Source: Candidatus Moraniibacteriota bacterium
GTDB lineage: Bacteria > Patescibacteriota > Minisyncoccia > Moranbacterales > UBA2206
NCBI GenBank assembly: GCA_030645735.1
Contig: JAUSNP010000005.1
Span: 72,151-136,150 of the forward strand
Direction of reading: 5' to 3'
DNA length: 64,000 nucleotides
The notes beneath the pieces were generated by a model. It was not told the DNA's origin and made no database searches. It saw nothing but the letters and a program-made list of their open reading frames with translations. The position numbers were made by a program, and so were the translations under genes. The stretch's first letter is position 1; every line of letters begins with the position of its first letter. Shown piece by piece: positions 18,705 through 27,784 of the stretch.

Positions 18705-21050
18705 ATGTTTCTCAAAAAATTAGAAATTTCAGGATTTAAATCTTTCGCCAACAAGACTTCGTTGGATTTTTCGATTTCTCACGATGGCGTGCGGGGCATC
18801 ACGGCAGTGGTTGGACCAAATGGCTCTGGCAAATCAAACATTGCTGATGCTTTGCGTTGGGTGATGGGTGAGCAGTCGATGAAAAATTTGCGTGGCAAGA
18901 AATCTGACGACATCATTTTTGCTGGTTCTGGAAAGAAAGCCCGTCTCGGTAGTGCGCAAGTAACTTTGTATTTCGACAATGCGGACAAAAAAATTCCTTT
19001 GGAATTTGACGAAGTTTCCATTACACGAAAAATATATCGCAGTGGTGAAGGTGAATATTTGATCAACGGTTCACGGGCACGTTTGCAAGACGTGGTGGAT
19101 ATTTTGGCTAAGGCTGGGATTGGCAAGGAAAGCTATTCAATTATCAATCAAGGTATGGCCGATGCAGTTTTGAATGCCACACCACTTGATCGTCGTTCAA
19201 TCATTGAAGAGGCAGCTGGCGTGAAGCAATATCAAATCAAGAAAGAAAGATCTTTGCGTAAACTGGATTCAACTCGTGAGAATTTGGACAAGGCGCGTAG
19301 TTTGGCCGAAGAAATCAAACCGCATTTGAAGATGCTCAAGCGTCAAGCGGAAAAAGCTTCTCAAAGTGAAGGGGTCATCAAAGAACTGCGGGAAAAACAA
19401 CTCACTTTGTATACCTATTTGTGGAACAATTTCCAACAAGAAAAAAACACTTTTAATCTTGCTAAGGAAGAAATGGGCCGCACGATGATGAATATGCAAC
19501 GTGATGTGGACAAATTGGCGGATGAGCTCAATCGTGAAGCGAAAGTGGATGAGGTGAATGTTGCGTTAGGAGAATTGGAAAAACAGAAAAGTGAAAAAAG
19601 AAATCAGCTCAATCAGCTTGATCGCGATTTGATTGTGACTGAAGGCCGCATTGAAATTGAAAAAGAAAAACAGAAGAACATTGAAATGATTGAGGAAATC
19701 AAGGTGCAAAGTATCCCAGTGGATTTGCACTATGTGCGCAAGGGTATTGAGGATATTCGCGCGGAACAAGAAAAATTGATTGCCCAAATTGAAAACGCTG
19801 AAAGCCTGGATGACTTGCAAGATATCAAAGAATTCGCCCGTTCCATCCAGCAACGATTGTTTGAACTCAAGGCAGATATTGAAAATGGCAAAAAAGATAA
19901 AAATGTTGTAGAGACGCCCCAACGGGACGTCTGTACGGCTAAACCAGTTGTGGTTGCAACGGTTGATTCAACGGCAATTATTGAATTCAAAGAAAAGACT
20001 ATCAAATTGCGTGAAGACATTGCCAAAATTGAAATTGAAATCAAAGACATCGAACAAAAAATTGAAGCCGAAATTCAAGCTGATCGACAGAAGCGACAAA
20101 AATTCTTTGAAGTGGAGAGAAGTTTCCGCGCCAAGCAGGAAGAGTTGAACAAAATGAAAGACCAGTTCAATGATTCCAAGGTGGCTTTGGCGCGTGTGGA
20201 GGTGCATGAAGAGGATTTGCGCGCGGATGTTTTGAAAGAATTGAGCTTGAATGTGGAAGAATTGAAACAAGAAATTTCACAAATTGATCGTGGACAATTG
20301 GAACGAGACATTACTCGGCTCAAGGGTCAGATGGAACAGATTGGTGGCATCGATCCGTTGGTGGTGGAAGAATATGAAGAAACCAACAAGCGTTTCGAAT
20401 TTTTGACCAAAGAGTCTGAGGATTTGGAGAATGCCATCGTGTCATTGCGAGAAATCATCAAGGAAATGGATCAAAAAATCAACGGTGAGTTTTCAGCAAC
20501 TTTTGAAGAAATCAACAAGGAGTTCACAAAATATTTCCGTATCATCTTTGGTGGTGGCAATGCCAGTTTGAAAAAAGTTGAGGTTAGAAAACGATCATAC
20601 AAATCCAAAGATGAAGTTGAAGGTGGTGCCGAAGAAGGTGAGGAGTTGCCAATTGAAACTGAAGAGGAACGACGAGAAAAATCAGATATTGGGATTGACA
20701 TCTCGGCTTCACCTCCGGGCAAGAAAATTAGCAACCTCTCAATGCTTTCTGGTGGCGAAAGATCATTGACTTCGTTGGCCTTGCTCTTTGCTATCATTGC
20801 GCACAATCCACCGCCATTTGCGGTTTTGGATGAAGTTGAAGCTGCTTTGGACGAGGCCAATTCCAAGCGCTTTGGCCGTATCATTCAAGAGCTTTCAGGC
20901 AGCACGCAGTTTGTGACCATCACGCACAATCGTGAAACTATGCGCCAAGCTTCAGTTTTGTATGGCGTGACAATGGGTGATGAAGGAATCTCCAAGCTCT
21001 TGTCAGTTCGTTTGGACCAAGTTGGTCAAGGAGGTCGAATTTTGCAATAA
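18705..21050 (+). CDS. smc: SMC-family ATPase, short form (781 aa) without a recognisable hinge
   Basis: GFKSF, GPNGSGKSN, LSGGERSL, LDEVEAALD, long coiled coils. Confidence 0.9.
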   Translation: MFLKKLEISGFKSFANKTSLDFSISHDGVRGITAVVGPNGSGKSNIADALRWVMGEQSMKNLRGKKSDDIIFAGSGKKARLGSAQVTLYFDNADKKIPLEFDEVSITRKIYRSGEGEYLINGSRARLQDVVDILAKAGIGKESYSIINQGMADAVLNATPLDRRSIIEEAAGVKQYQIKKERSLRKLDSTRENLDKARSLAEEIKPHLKMLKRQAEKASQSEGVIKELREKQLTLYTYLWNNFQQEKNTFNLAKEEMGRTMMNMQRDVDKLADELNREAKVDEVNVALGELEKQKSEKRNQLNQLDRDLIVTEGRIEIEKEKQKNIEMIEEIKVQSIPVDLHYVRKGIEDIRAEQEKLIAQIENAESLDDLQDIKEFARSIQQRLFELKADIENGKKDKNVVETPQRDVCTAKPVVVATVDSTAIIEFKEKTIKLREDIAKIEIEIKDIEQKIEAEIQADRQKRQKFFEVERSFRAKQEELNKMKDQFNDSKVALARVEVHEEDLRADVLKELSLNVEELKQEISQIDRGQLERDITRLKGQMEQIGGIDPLVVEEYEETNKRFEFLTKESEDLENAIVSLREIIKEMDQKINGEFSATFEEINKEFTKYFRIIFGGGNASLKKVEVRKRSYKSKDEVEGGAEEGEELPIETEEERREKSDIGIDISASPPGKKISNLSMLSGGERSLTSLALLFAIIAHNPPPFAVLDEVEAALDEANSKRFGRIIQELSGSTQFVTITHNRETMRQASVLYGVTMGDEGISKLLSVRLDQVGQGGRILQ
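19908..19936. repeat. GTAG-type REP-like palindrome inside smc, in frame
   Basis: GTAGAGACGCCCCAACGGGACGTCTGTAC; same family as 29478-29505 and 42135-42163. Confidence 0.75.
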
Positions 21051-21158
21051 ATTGGTAATTTGAGGTCAATAATTGACAACTTTAGGAGGATAGTATAAAC
21101 TGGTTAAGTAACTAAAAATAAGCTTTAAATTAGGAATAAAATATTCCCGAATTGAATT

Positions 21159-21533
21159 ATGTTAACTATAAGATTTGCAAGAGTTGGAAAAAGGAATATG
21201 GCTCAATTTAAGATCATGCTACAAGAGCACACAATCGCTCCTGGTGGTCGTCACATTGAGGTTTTGGGTAGTTATAACCCACATTCAAAAGAGGCTGTTT
21301 TGAAAGCAGATCGAATTCAATATTGGGTTTCCAAGGGAGCTCAAATGTCTGATACAGCTTGTAATCTTTTTGTGAAAAAGGGTGTTATTGAAGCAACAAA
21401 AAGACGAGTTAAGGTGCCAGCTAAGAAAGTTGAGGCGGTTGTTGAAGAAGTTAAGGCTGAAGCTGCTCCAGTTGCTGAGGAAGTGAAGACAGAAGCTGCT
21501 CCAGTTGCGACTGAAGAGCCAAAAGCTGAATAG
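21159..21533 (+). CDS. rpsP: 30S ribosomal protein S16 with acidic low-complexity tail
   Basis: IRFARVGKR, IEVLGSYNP, YWVSKGAQMSDT. Confidence 0.95.
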   Translation: MLTIRFARVGKRNMAQFKIMLQEHTIAPGGRHIEVLGSYNPHSKEAVLKADRIQYWVSKGAQMSDTACNLFVKKGVIEATKRRVKVPAKKVEAVVEEVKAEAAPVAEEVKTEAAPVATEEPKAE

Positions 21534-21572
21534 TTTGACAAAAGACAAATTTCATATAGAATAAATATAATA

Positions 21573-21608
21573 TCCGTAGACAGTAGGCATCCATAAGCCC
21601 TACCGAGG
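21573..21608 (+). promoter_or_regulatory. L10 leader (ribosomal protein L10 autoregulatory RNA)
   Basis: CCGTAGACAGTAGG...CCTACCGAGG upstream of rplJ matches the L10-leader core. Confidence 0.85.
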
Positions 21609-21674
21609 AAGGCCAAAGTGGCTTTTTAGTCTGCGATCAAACGCAGATTTTAATTTTTTAAAGGCACTATCAAT

Positions 21675-22190
21675 ATGCAAACTAAAGTACAAAAGGAAGT
21701 TATCATAAAAGATCTAGTTGAAAAATTGAAGGTCTCCAAGGCAGTTGTTTTTTCTGACTACAAAGGATTGAATGTGAAAGACATGACTCAACTTCGTCGC
21801 GATTTGCGAGCTGAGGGTGTGGATTTGCAAGTTTTGAAAAAAACTTTGATGAATCGAGCCTTGAAAGATGCTGGTATTGAAATGGATGCCAAGAAATTGG
21901 AAGGACAAGTGGCCATCGCTGTTTCAAGCAAAGATGAAGTGGCTGCAGCTAAGATTATTGCTAAGCTTGCTAAGATTAATGAAAATTTGAAAATTGTTGG
22001 AGGAATTTTGGGAACCAAAGAATTGTCAGCAGAGGAAGTGAACGCTTTGGCGAAACTTCCAAGCAAGGAAGAATTGTTGTCCAAATTGGTTGGAACTCTT
22101 AATGCTCCAGTTTCAGGATTCGTTAATGTTTTGGCTGGCAATATGAGAGGATTTGTGACTGCCTTGCAGGCAATTGCAGACAAGAAATAA
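21675..22190 (+). CDS. rplJ: 50S ribosomal protein L10
   Basis: DYKGLNV..MTQLRRDLR, KKTLM, ALAKLPSKEELL. Confidence 0.97.
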   Translation: MQTKVQKEVIIKDLVEKLKVSKAVVFSDYKGLNVKDMTQLRRDLRAEGVDLQVLKKTLMNRALKDAGIEMDAKKLEGQVAIAVSSKDEVAAAKIIAKLAKINENLKIVGGILGTKELSAEEVNALAKLPSKEELLSKLVGTLNAPVSGFVNVLAGNMRGFVTALQAIADKK

Positions 22191-22237
22191 TAAAGAGTTA
22201 ATTAAGTAATTTTTTAATAAATCATTAATCAAAAAAT

Positions 22238-22642
22238 ATGACAGAAGAAAAAAAGGACGTAGTAGTGCCAGAAAAATTCCAAAAGCTTGTTTCTGAAATC
22301 GAAACAATGAGTGTTTTGGACCTAAGTGAGTTGGTGAAAGTTCTAGAAGAAAAATTTGGTGTTAGCGCTGCTGCTCCAATGATGATGGGTGCTGCTCCTG
22401 CTGCTGAGGCTGGTGCTGCTGTAGAAGAAAAATCAGAATTCGATGTTGAAGTGACTGCTTCAGGTGCTTCAAAAATCAACGTAATCAAGGTTGTACGAGA
22501 AGTGACTGGTCTTGGTTTGAAAGAAGCTAAGGATCTAGTTGATGCTGCTCCAAAAGTTATCAAAGAAAAGGTATCAAAGGCTGATGCTGACGCTATGAAG
22601 AAGAAATTGGAAGAAGCTGGTGCAACTGTAACTTTGAAATAG
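22238..22642 (+). CDS. rplL: 50S ribosomal protein L7/L12
   Basis: [41 protein letters not shown]. Confidence 0.98.
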   Translation: MTEEKKDVVVPEKFQKLVSEIETMSVLDLSELVKVLEEKFGVSAAAPMMMGAAPAAEAGAAVEEKSEFDVEVTASGASKINVIKVVREVTGLGLKEAKDLVDAAPKVIKEKVSKADADAMKKKLEEAGATVTLK

Positions 22643-22663
22643 TTTTCAAAAAACTTTCAATAC

Positions 22664-22697
22664 AAAAAAGAAGCTCGTAATTGAGCTTCTTTTTTTT
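22664..22697 (+). terminator. Intrinsic terminator after rplL
   Basis: AAAAAAGAAGCTC-GTAATT-GAGCTTCTTTTTTTT. Confidence 0.85.
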
Positions 22698-22707
22698 GTT
22701 TTTCTTC

Positions 22708-22807
22708 TGTCATTGCGAGCGACTGAAAGGAGCGCGGCAATCCCATGATTCGTGCATCAGAACTAGAGATTGCCACAGTCGTTCTGCGGAACTCCTTCGC
22801 AATGACA
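22708..22807. repeat. RPE-like palindromic element TGTCATTGCGAG...CGCAATGACA
   Basis: Terminal inverted repeat plus internal GGCAATC/GATTGCC arms; right half recurs at 34006-34046. Confidence 0.8.
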
Positions 22808-22826
22808 ATTGTTGTTTAGTTCTTTT

Positions 22827-23861
22827 CTAAAGCAAATGATAAATCAATTTTATAATTGGGAAAATCAGATAATCAACCAGGCTCATTTTATATCTCCGGG
22901 GGTTGTAAATAGATGCTTCTTTTTCCCAGCGTAGAATTATTTTACGCAATTCTGCAACAATGTTCTTTTGTTTGAAGAAGACGCCAGATTCAGCATTGAA
23001 ACTGAAGGATAGGAAATCGATATTTTGTGAACCAACTAGACCTTCCTGATCATCAATTAGCATGATTTTGGCATGATTCATTTCGCGACCAAGAAAAAAC
23101 TTCACACCAAGTTGAGACAGATTGTAAATATGATGTTGATTGGCGCGGTCAACCAGTGGTAAATCGGTTTTTCTAGGTATGATTATTTCAACTTTAACTC
23201 CGCGTCTGACGGCACCATCCAGAAGAGCGGCGAACCAGCGTGGAGGAGTGAAATAAGGGGTGACAATGCGAATGCTTTTTTGAGCTGACAAGATTTTGCG
23301 AGTATAAATTGATTTCAAAGAATACATGCCTAATACTGGCCAATGTTCCAAAAACCAAAATTTTAATTTGCTAGTCAAAGTTTTTTTGCGGAGCATTAGA
23401 ATATGTTTGTTTTTGCCACCCGCCATTTCATATGTATAGGCAAAAGAGGTGACAACAGGTCGAATGACCTTGCCTTTCAATTTCAATTGCAAATCGTTCC
23501 AGGCAGCGAATTTCTTGCCGATGTTGACGCCTCCGACAAAAGCCACATTTTCATCGACAATCAAAATCTTGCGGTGAATGCGTCGCAACCAATCGCTGAA
23601 AAAGACAACTTCAATGCCAGCTGACTGCATAGATTTGATAGATTTTTCACTAAGGTCTGAACTGCCAAAAGCATCTAGCACTAGAATCACCTTGATGCCT
23701 TGTTTGGCTTTTTTTGTGAGTTTGCCAATGAAATCATGACTGCTCGTTGTATCTTCTTGAAAAATATACATTTCCAAAAAGATTGATTTTTTGGCTTGGT
23801 CGATTTCGCTCAGCATAGCATCCCATGCCTTGGTTGAAGTTGTATAAATTTTATATGCCAT
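22827..23861 (-). CDS. Phospholipase D family / cardiolipin synthase (ClsB-like)
   Basis: Two HKD motifs (HRKILIVD, HAKIMLID); start placed at ATG 23861. Confidence 0.88.
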   Translation of the reverse strand: MAYKIYTTSTKAWDAMLSEIDQAKKSIFLEMYIFQEDTTSSHDFIGKLTKKAKQGIKVILVLDAFGSSDLSEKSIKSMQSAGIEVVFFSDWLRRIHRKILIVDENVAFVGGVNIGKKFAAWNDLQLKLKGKVIRPVVTSFAYTYEMAGGKNKHILMLRKKTLTSKLKFWFLEHWPVLGMYSLKSIYTRKILSAQKSIRIVTPYFTPPRWFAALLDGAVRRGVKVEIIIPRKTDLPLVDRANQHHIYNLSQLGVKFFLGREMNHAKIMLIDDQEGLVGSQNIDFLSFSFNAESGVFFKQKNIVAELRKIILRWEKEASIYNPRRYKMSLVDYLIFPIIKLIYHLL

Positions 23862-23922
23862 AGTTTCAATTATATAGCATCTCACCGTTAGCGCAATTTT
23901 TTAAATAGAGTAGAATGGAAAT

Positions 23923-24531
23923 ATGAATAAAATCGTCCGAATATTTGTCGCCATTTCAATTTTATTGATTATAATTTTATTGCCAATTTTTGTGTTGGTT
24001 TGGCAGGGGGATGTTGTGGTGCAAAAAGTTGCAGCTTTACAAAACAGCGAATCGTCTAAAGCAGATGCTCAAATTTATGCTGAGCATACCCTAGGATTTT
24101 TATTGAACACTGACAATCTGCCAGCGCAAATGACTGAATCAGAGGCAGCCCATATGCAGGATGTGAAAAATTTGTTTGTGGTAGGGGAGTGGATGCTGGT
24201 GATTTCGATAATGATTTTAGTAGGGAGTTATTTTATATTAAAAAATCCGCAAACTTATTGGTGCAGTCTACGAGCCGGATCAGTTTTGACAATTATTATA
24301 ATAATTTTGTTGGGTATTTTTATGTTGTTTGATTTTGAAAATATTTTCATCCACTTTCACCAAATCTTCTTCCCGCAAGGCAACTGGATTTTCCCCTCAA
24401 ATTCATTGATGATTCAGATTTTTCCTGAGAGTTTGTTTGAGTGGTTGGGGATGATGAGCACTTCGGCCAGTTTATTTTTGGCTGGTATTATAGCTATTTT
24501 TTCACAATACAAAATAAAGAAAGGCACATAG
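23923..24531 (+). CDS. Integral membrane protein, DUF1461/TIGR01906-like
   Basis: E..HMQDVKNLF and F..FHQIFFPQGNWIF....LMIQIFPE motifs. Confidence 0.8.
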   Translation: MNKIVRIFVAISILLIIILLPIFVLVWQGDVVVQKVAALQNSESSKADAQIYAEHTLGFLLNTDNLPAQMTESEAAHMQDVKNLFVVGEWMLVISIMILVGSYFILKNPQTYWCSLRAGSVLTIIIIILLGIFMLFDFENIFIHFHQIFFPQGNWIFPSNSLMIQIFPESLFEWLGMMSTSASLFLAGIIAIFSQYKIKKGT

Positions 24532-24580
24532 CTTGTTAGCTTTGTGCCTTTCGGAGTGTTATAACGATAGCAGGGTGTTT

Positions 24581-25174
24581 TTATGATTTATCCTGCTTCC
24601 AGATTATGACATTGTTATCGTTGAGATGAGCGGCGGCGGTATCGAGTATAGTAGTTGGATTGCCACCGCGGACAGTGATCTTGTTTTGGCCTTCAGTTTT
24701 CGCGAGAAGTGTAGTGGCCAATTCTCGCAAGGCGGGTATATCTTGCGGGTCAATATGTCCCGTACAAGAAATAAGTGCCGTGTCCTTTGGACTGATACTG
24801 AACCAGCTTCGTGGCTTGCTATCAGCAGAAAGACGTACGACCTTGTAGTCATCGCGGATAGCGATGCCATGCGGGCACTTGATGTCGAGATTAGCCCAAA
24901 TGGTTTCCCAGAGCATTTTATAGAAGTTTCCAGTTAAGCGAGGCCCTTCAGACAAACATAGTCCAGTGTAGAGAGCTTTTTCTTTGACGGTGAGCTCTCG
25001 GACGATGACCTCACTACTTTTATCAACTGAATCTGCCGGCGCTGGTGTTGGCTCGAATGAGTCACCACCTCCAGTAAGCATGGCCTCAAAAGCTGACCAA
25101 AACGGCAAGAGCTCTTTGAGCATGCCAAGAAGATCCATAAGAGAAACTCTTTCCTGCGGATTGATGTTGTCCAC
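24581..25174 (-). CDS. Hypothetical protein (orphan)
   Basis: GTG start with SD GAGGAGG; higher GC than neighbours. Confidence 0.65.
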   Translation of the reverse strand: MDNINPQERVSLMDLLGMLKELLPFWSAFEAMLTGGGDSFEPTPAPADSVDKSSEVIVRELTVKEKALYTGLCLSEGPRLTGNFYKMLWETIWANLDIKCPHGIAIRDDYKVVRLSADSKPRSWFSISPKDTALISCTGHIDPQDIPALRELATTLLAKTEGQNKITVRGGNPTTILDTAAAHLNDNNVIIWKQDKS

Positions 25175-25222
25175 TTCATTTCCTCCTCGTACTTTTTTTG
25201 AGTTTGTGTTGCTTTGTGAATT

Positions 25223-25450
25223 TCACAGTGATCCTAAAAGAGTATTGATTGCATCTCGTAACTCATCATATCCAAAAAAACGTCCTTTGGATTTGACATC
25301 TCCGATTTCATTGCCCTCCTTGTATATCCTAAATGTTTGGTTGCGGATAGTTTTGAGCGTATCTGCTGGGCCAATAAGTACTCCCAGCTCTAGGTCAATA
25401 GTCATCAAATCATGAACAGTTAATTCTGTCCTTCTCATGTGAATTTTCAC
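25223..25450 (-). CDS. Small hypothetical protein (orphan)
   Basis: Promoter TTGACT-17-TAGAAT (25517-25489) and boxA-like TTCTTTAACAA (25481-25471) directly upstream. Confidence 0.55.
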   Translation of the reverse strand: MKIHMRRTELTVHDLMTIDLELGVLIGPADTLKTIRNQTFRIYKEGNEIGDVKSKGRFFGYDELRDAINTLLGSL

Positions 25451-25689
25451 CCCCAGTTGATTTTTTCATATTGTTAAAGAATTAATAAATTCTAGCAAGG
25501 GTGGGGTGGAAAGTCAATGTTGATTGGAAAAACTAAAAACCTATTCTTTGGGAATGAATCCATACTTTGTTATGGCTATATAGTGGGACGAAGCTAGAAC
25601 TTGCCTTTTTGAATTAGCGCAGTCGTAAGGCTTAGTAGGGTTTTTATGATATAATAAGGCTATATTTATTCAAAAAGATAATTTTTTTT

Positions 25690-26022
25690 ATGTCTAAAAT
25701 AACGGCATTTTTACTCGCGATAGCTCTATCAGTTATTACTGTACTTGCGGACTATTTCATCAAGGAGGCATCATTGAAAACTTCAGTTTGGAGCAAAGCG
25801 CTCTTAGTAGGGAGTTTGATTTATGGGCTGACAGGTCTTGGATGGGTGTTTGTCACGAGACACATGAAACTTTCAACTCTGGGTGTTGTCTACGGAGTAA
25901 GTTGTATAAGTTTATTGGTTCTAGTGAGTGTGTTTACATTTAATGAGAAAATAACTACTATAGAAATTTTTGGAATCATTCTCGGCATGAGTTCTATTAT
26001 AATTTTATATAGATTTGCTTAA
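25690..26022 (+). CDS. Small 4-TM DMT/SMR-like transporter
   Basis: 110 aa, four hydrophobic helices, F.EKIT...FGIILG C-terminal pattern. Confidence 0.75.
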   Translation: MSKITAFLLAIALSVITVLADYFIKEASLKTSVWSKALLVGSLIYGLTGLGWVFVTRHMKLSTLGVVYGVSCISLLVLVSVFTFNEKITTIEIFGIILGMSSIIILYRFA

Positions 26023-27592
26023 TTTAAAAGCGCCCTTGAGGGGCGCCTTTAAATTTGATTGGGTTGGGGCTATGGGACGAAGTTGGAACTTTGTCGTCCT
26101 CAGATTTAGTTATGCGTGAACAACACATTTGCAAAAATGCACAGAGATGGTAATATAATACATTGTTCTTTAATTTATGAATAAACTAATCACGAAGGAG
26201 ATATAGCATGAGCATAAAGGCCATTATAGTGAAAATCCTTCCTGCATTTAAAGGACGGAATTATCGCCTCCATGTTTGGGGACAATTAATCTCATCTTCC
26301 GGCACTTGGCTTCAAAATGTCACCATGGGCTGGTACATTTGGGATCTGACTCATTCGGAGAGTCTAACTGCTTTGATTTTGGCAATGCCACGCTGTGTCA
26401 GCGCATGTCTGACGATATTTGGAGGAATAATTTCAGACAAGTTTGACAAGAGAGCAGTGCTATATGTCACTAATTTTCTGGGCATGGCACAAGCGATGTT
26501 ACTGGGCTATATGGTAATTAATAATGTTTCGCGTATATGGATTGTTATATTACTTTCCATTTGCTTGGGACTAATTAATGCCATTGACGGACCGGCTCGC
26601 CATTCTTTTCTCCCTGAAATTGTTGACCGAACTGAAATAAGACAAACGAGTTCGTTTAATTCCGCCATCGGTCAGTCGTCTCAATTTGTCGGTTCGAGTC
26701 TTGGCGCAGTGCTACTTGGATTAATCGGAACTGGCTGGACATTTGTCTTGAACGGTCTATCATTTATGGCTGTTATAATTATGCTTAGGATGATGAAAAT
26801 CGACAAGAAAACGGAGATTAGGAAAGACCAGAATAACTATTTCAGGATGTTTAAGGAGGGCGTGGCATATGTCGCTCGTCAACCAAAGATTCGCTGGTAT
26901 CTGGTACTTATTGGAAGTCTAAATTTTTTCGGCTTTTCATACCGAGGGATACTTCCTGTCGTAGTTGAGCAAATTTTTCATTCCGGGGCGAAAAATTATG
27001 CAGTGCTTATGGCTTGTGCCGGAATAGGTGCTCTTATCGGATCCACATTGTCCTCAGCAAAATCAAAGATTTCATTGAATTTTTTTGTTGTTTGCGGAAG
27101 CTTGATTGTTGGTTCCGCATTAATCCTGTTTACTTTGACATCTGTTTTTATACTGGGCATGTCGCTTATGTTTGCTGCAGGTTTCGGTTTAACCCTAAGC
27201 TCATCTAGTGTGCGAGGGGAGTGTCAGGAAGTGATGTCATCGGATATGCGAGGCAGAGTCAATGGCTTTGTTATGATGTTTGCGCTCGGTGGCACAGGTC
27301 TTGGAGGCATAGTAACGGGAAAATTAGCAGAGCTATTTGGAAGCCAATTAGCGCTGATAGTAAGCGGCGTTATGCTGATTATTATCGCCATCATTGTTTT
27401 TGTATTAGACAGGCTTTCAAAACATTAATTTTATGTAGTAAAATCAGAAATAAAGCAAAGTCCTTTCCTATTGTATGGGAAAGGACTTTCTTAATTGTCT
27501 GCATCCATATACACCCGTCCGAATCCCTCTCTAAAATAAATCAAATTTAAAAGCGCCCTTGAGGGGCGCCTTTAAATTTAATTGGGTTGGGG
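26021..27592. mobile_element. tRNA-Gln-anchored islet bounded by a 49-bp direct repeat (att-like)
   Basis: 26021-26069 and 27544-27592 are 48/49 identical and contain the tRNA-Gln 3' end and terminator; no integrase seen. Confidence 0.75.
26208..27428 (+). CDS. MFS transporter (H+ antiporter/macrolide efflux-like)
   Basis: 12-TM pattern, GQLISSSGTWLQ, GIISDKFDKR, MRGRVNG. Confidence 0.9.
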   Translation: MSIKAIIVKILPAFKGRNYRLHVWGQLISSSGTWLQNVTMGWYIWDLTHSESLTALILAMPRCVSACLTIFGGIISDKFDKRAVLYVTNFLGMAQAMLLGYMVINNVSRIWIVILLSICLGLINAIDGPARHSFLPEIVDRTEIRQTSSFNSAIGQSSQFVGSSLGAVLLGLIGTGWTFVLNGLSFMAVIIMLRMMKIDKKTEIRKDQNNYFRMFKEGVAYVARQPKIRWYLVLIGSLNFFGFSYRGILPVVVEQIFHSGAKNYAVLMACAGIGALIGSTLSSAKSKISLNFFVVCGSLIVGSALILFTLTSVFILGMSLMFAAGFGLTLSSSSVRGECQEVMSSDMRGRVNGFVMMFALGGTGLGGIVTGKLAELFGSQLALIVSGVMLIIIAIIVFVLDRLSKH

Positions 27593-27658
27593 AGGAGGGA
27601 TTCGGACCCCCGGATGCATGGACCAAAACCATGTGCCTTACCACTTGGCTACTCCCCA
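27587..27658 (-). tRNA. tRNA-Gln (anticodon TTG)
   Basis: TGGGGAGTAGCCAAGTGGTAAGGCACATGGTT-TTG-GTCCATGCATCCGGGGGTCCGAATCCCTCCTCCCCAA folds as a cloverleaf with U1-A72. Confidence 0.93.
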
Positions 27659-27666
27659 ATGTAATA

Positions 27667-27784
27667 AAATTCGAAATTCGAACATCGAAATTCGAGACAA
27701 TATCTAATATTAAAATTTTAAATAATTAAACAATTCTGTATCTTTTGAATTTGTTTCGGATTTCTTATTTCGTGCTTTGAATTT
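27667..27784. repeat. Inverted heptamer-period array between dnaX and tRNA-Gln
   Basis: AAATTCG AAATTCG AACATCG AAATTCG AGAC AATATCT... with complementary right arm GTTT CGGATTT CTTATTT CGTGCTT TGAATTT. Confidence 0.8.

Noticed and set aside
21445-21530. Repeat in the rpsP tail (EEVKAEAAPVA / EEVKTEAAPVA)
   Set aside because: An ordinary low-complexity S16 C-terminal extension, unrelated to the inverted arrays
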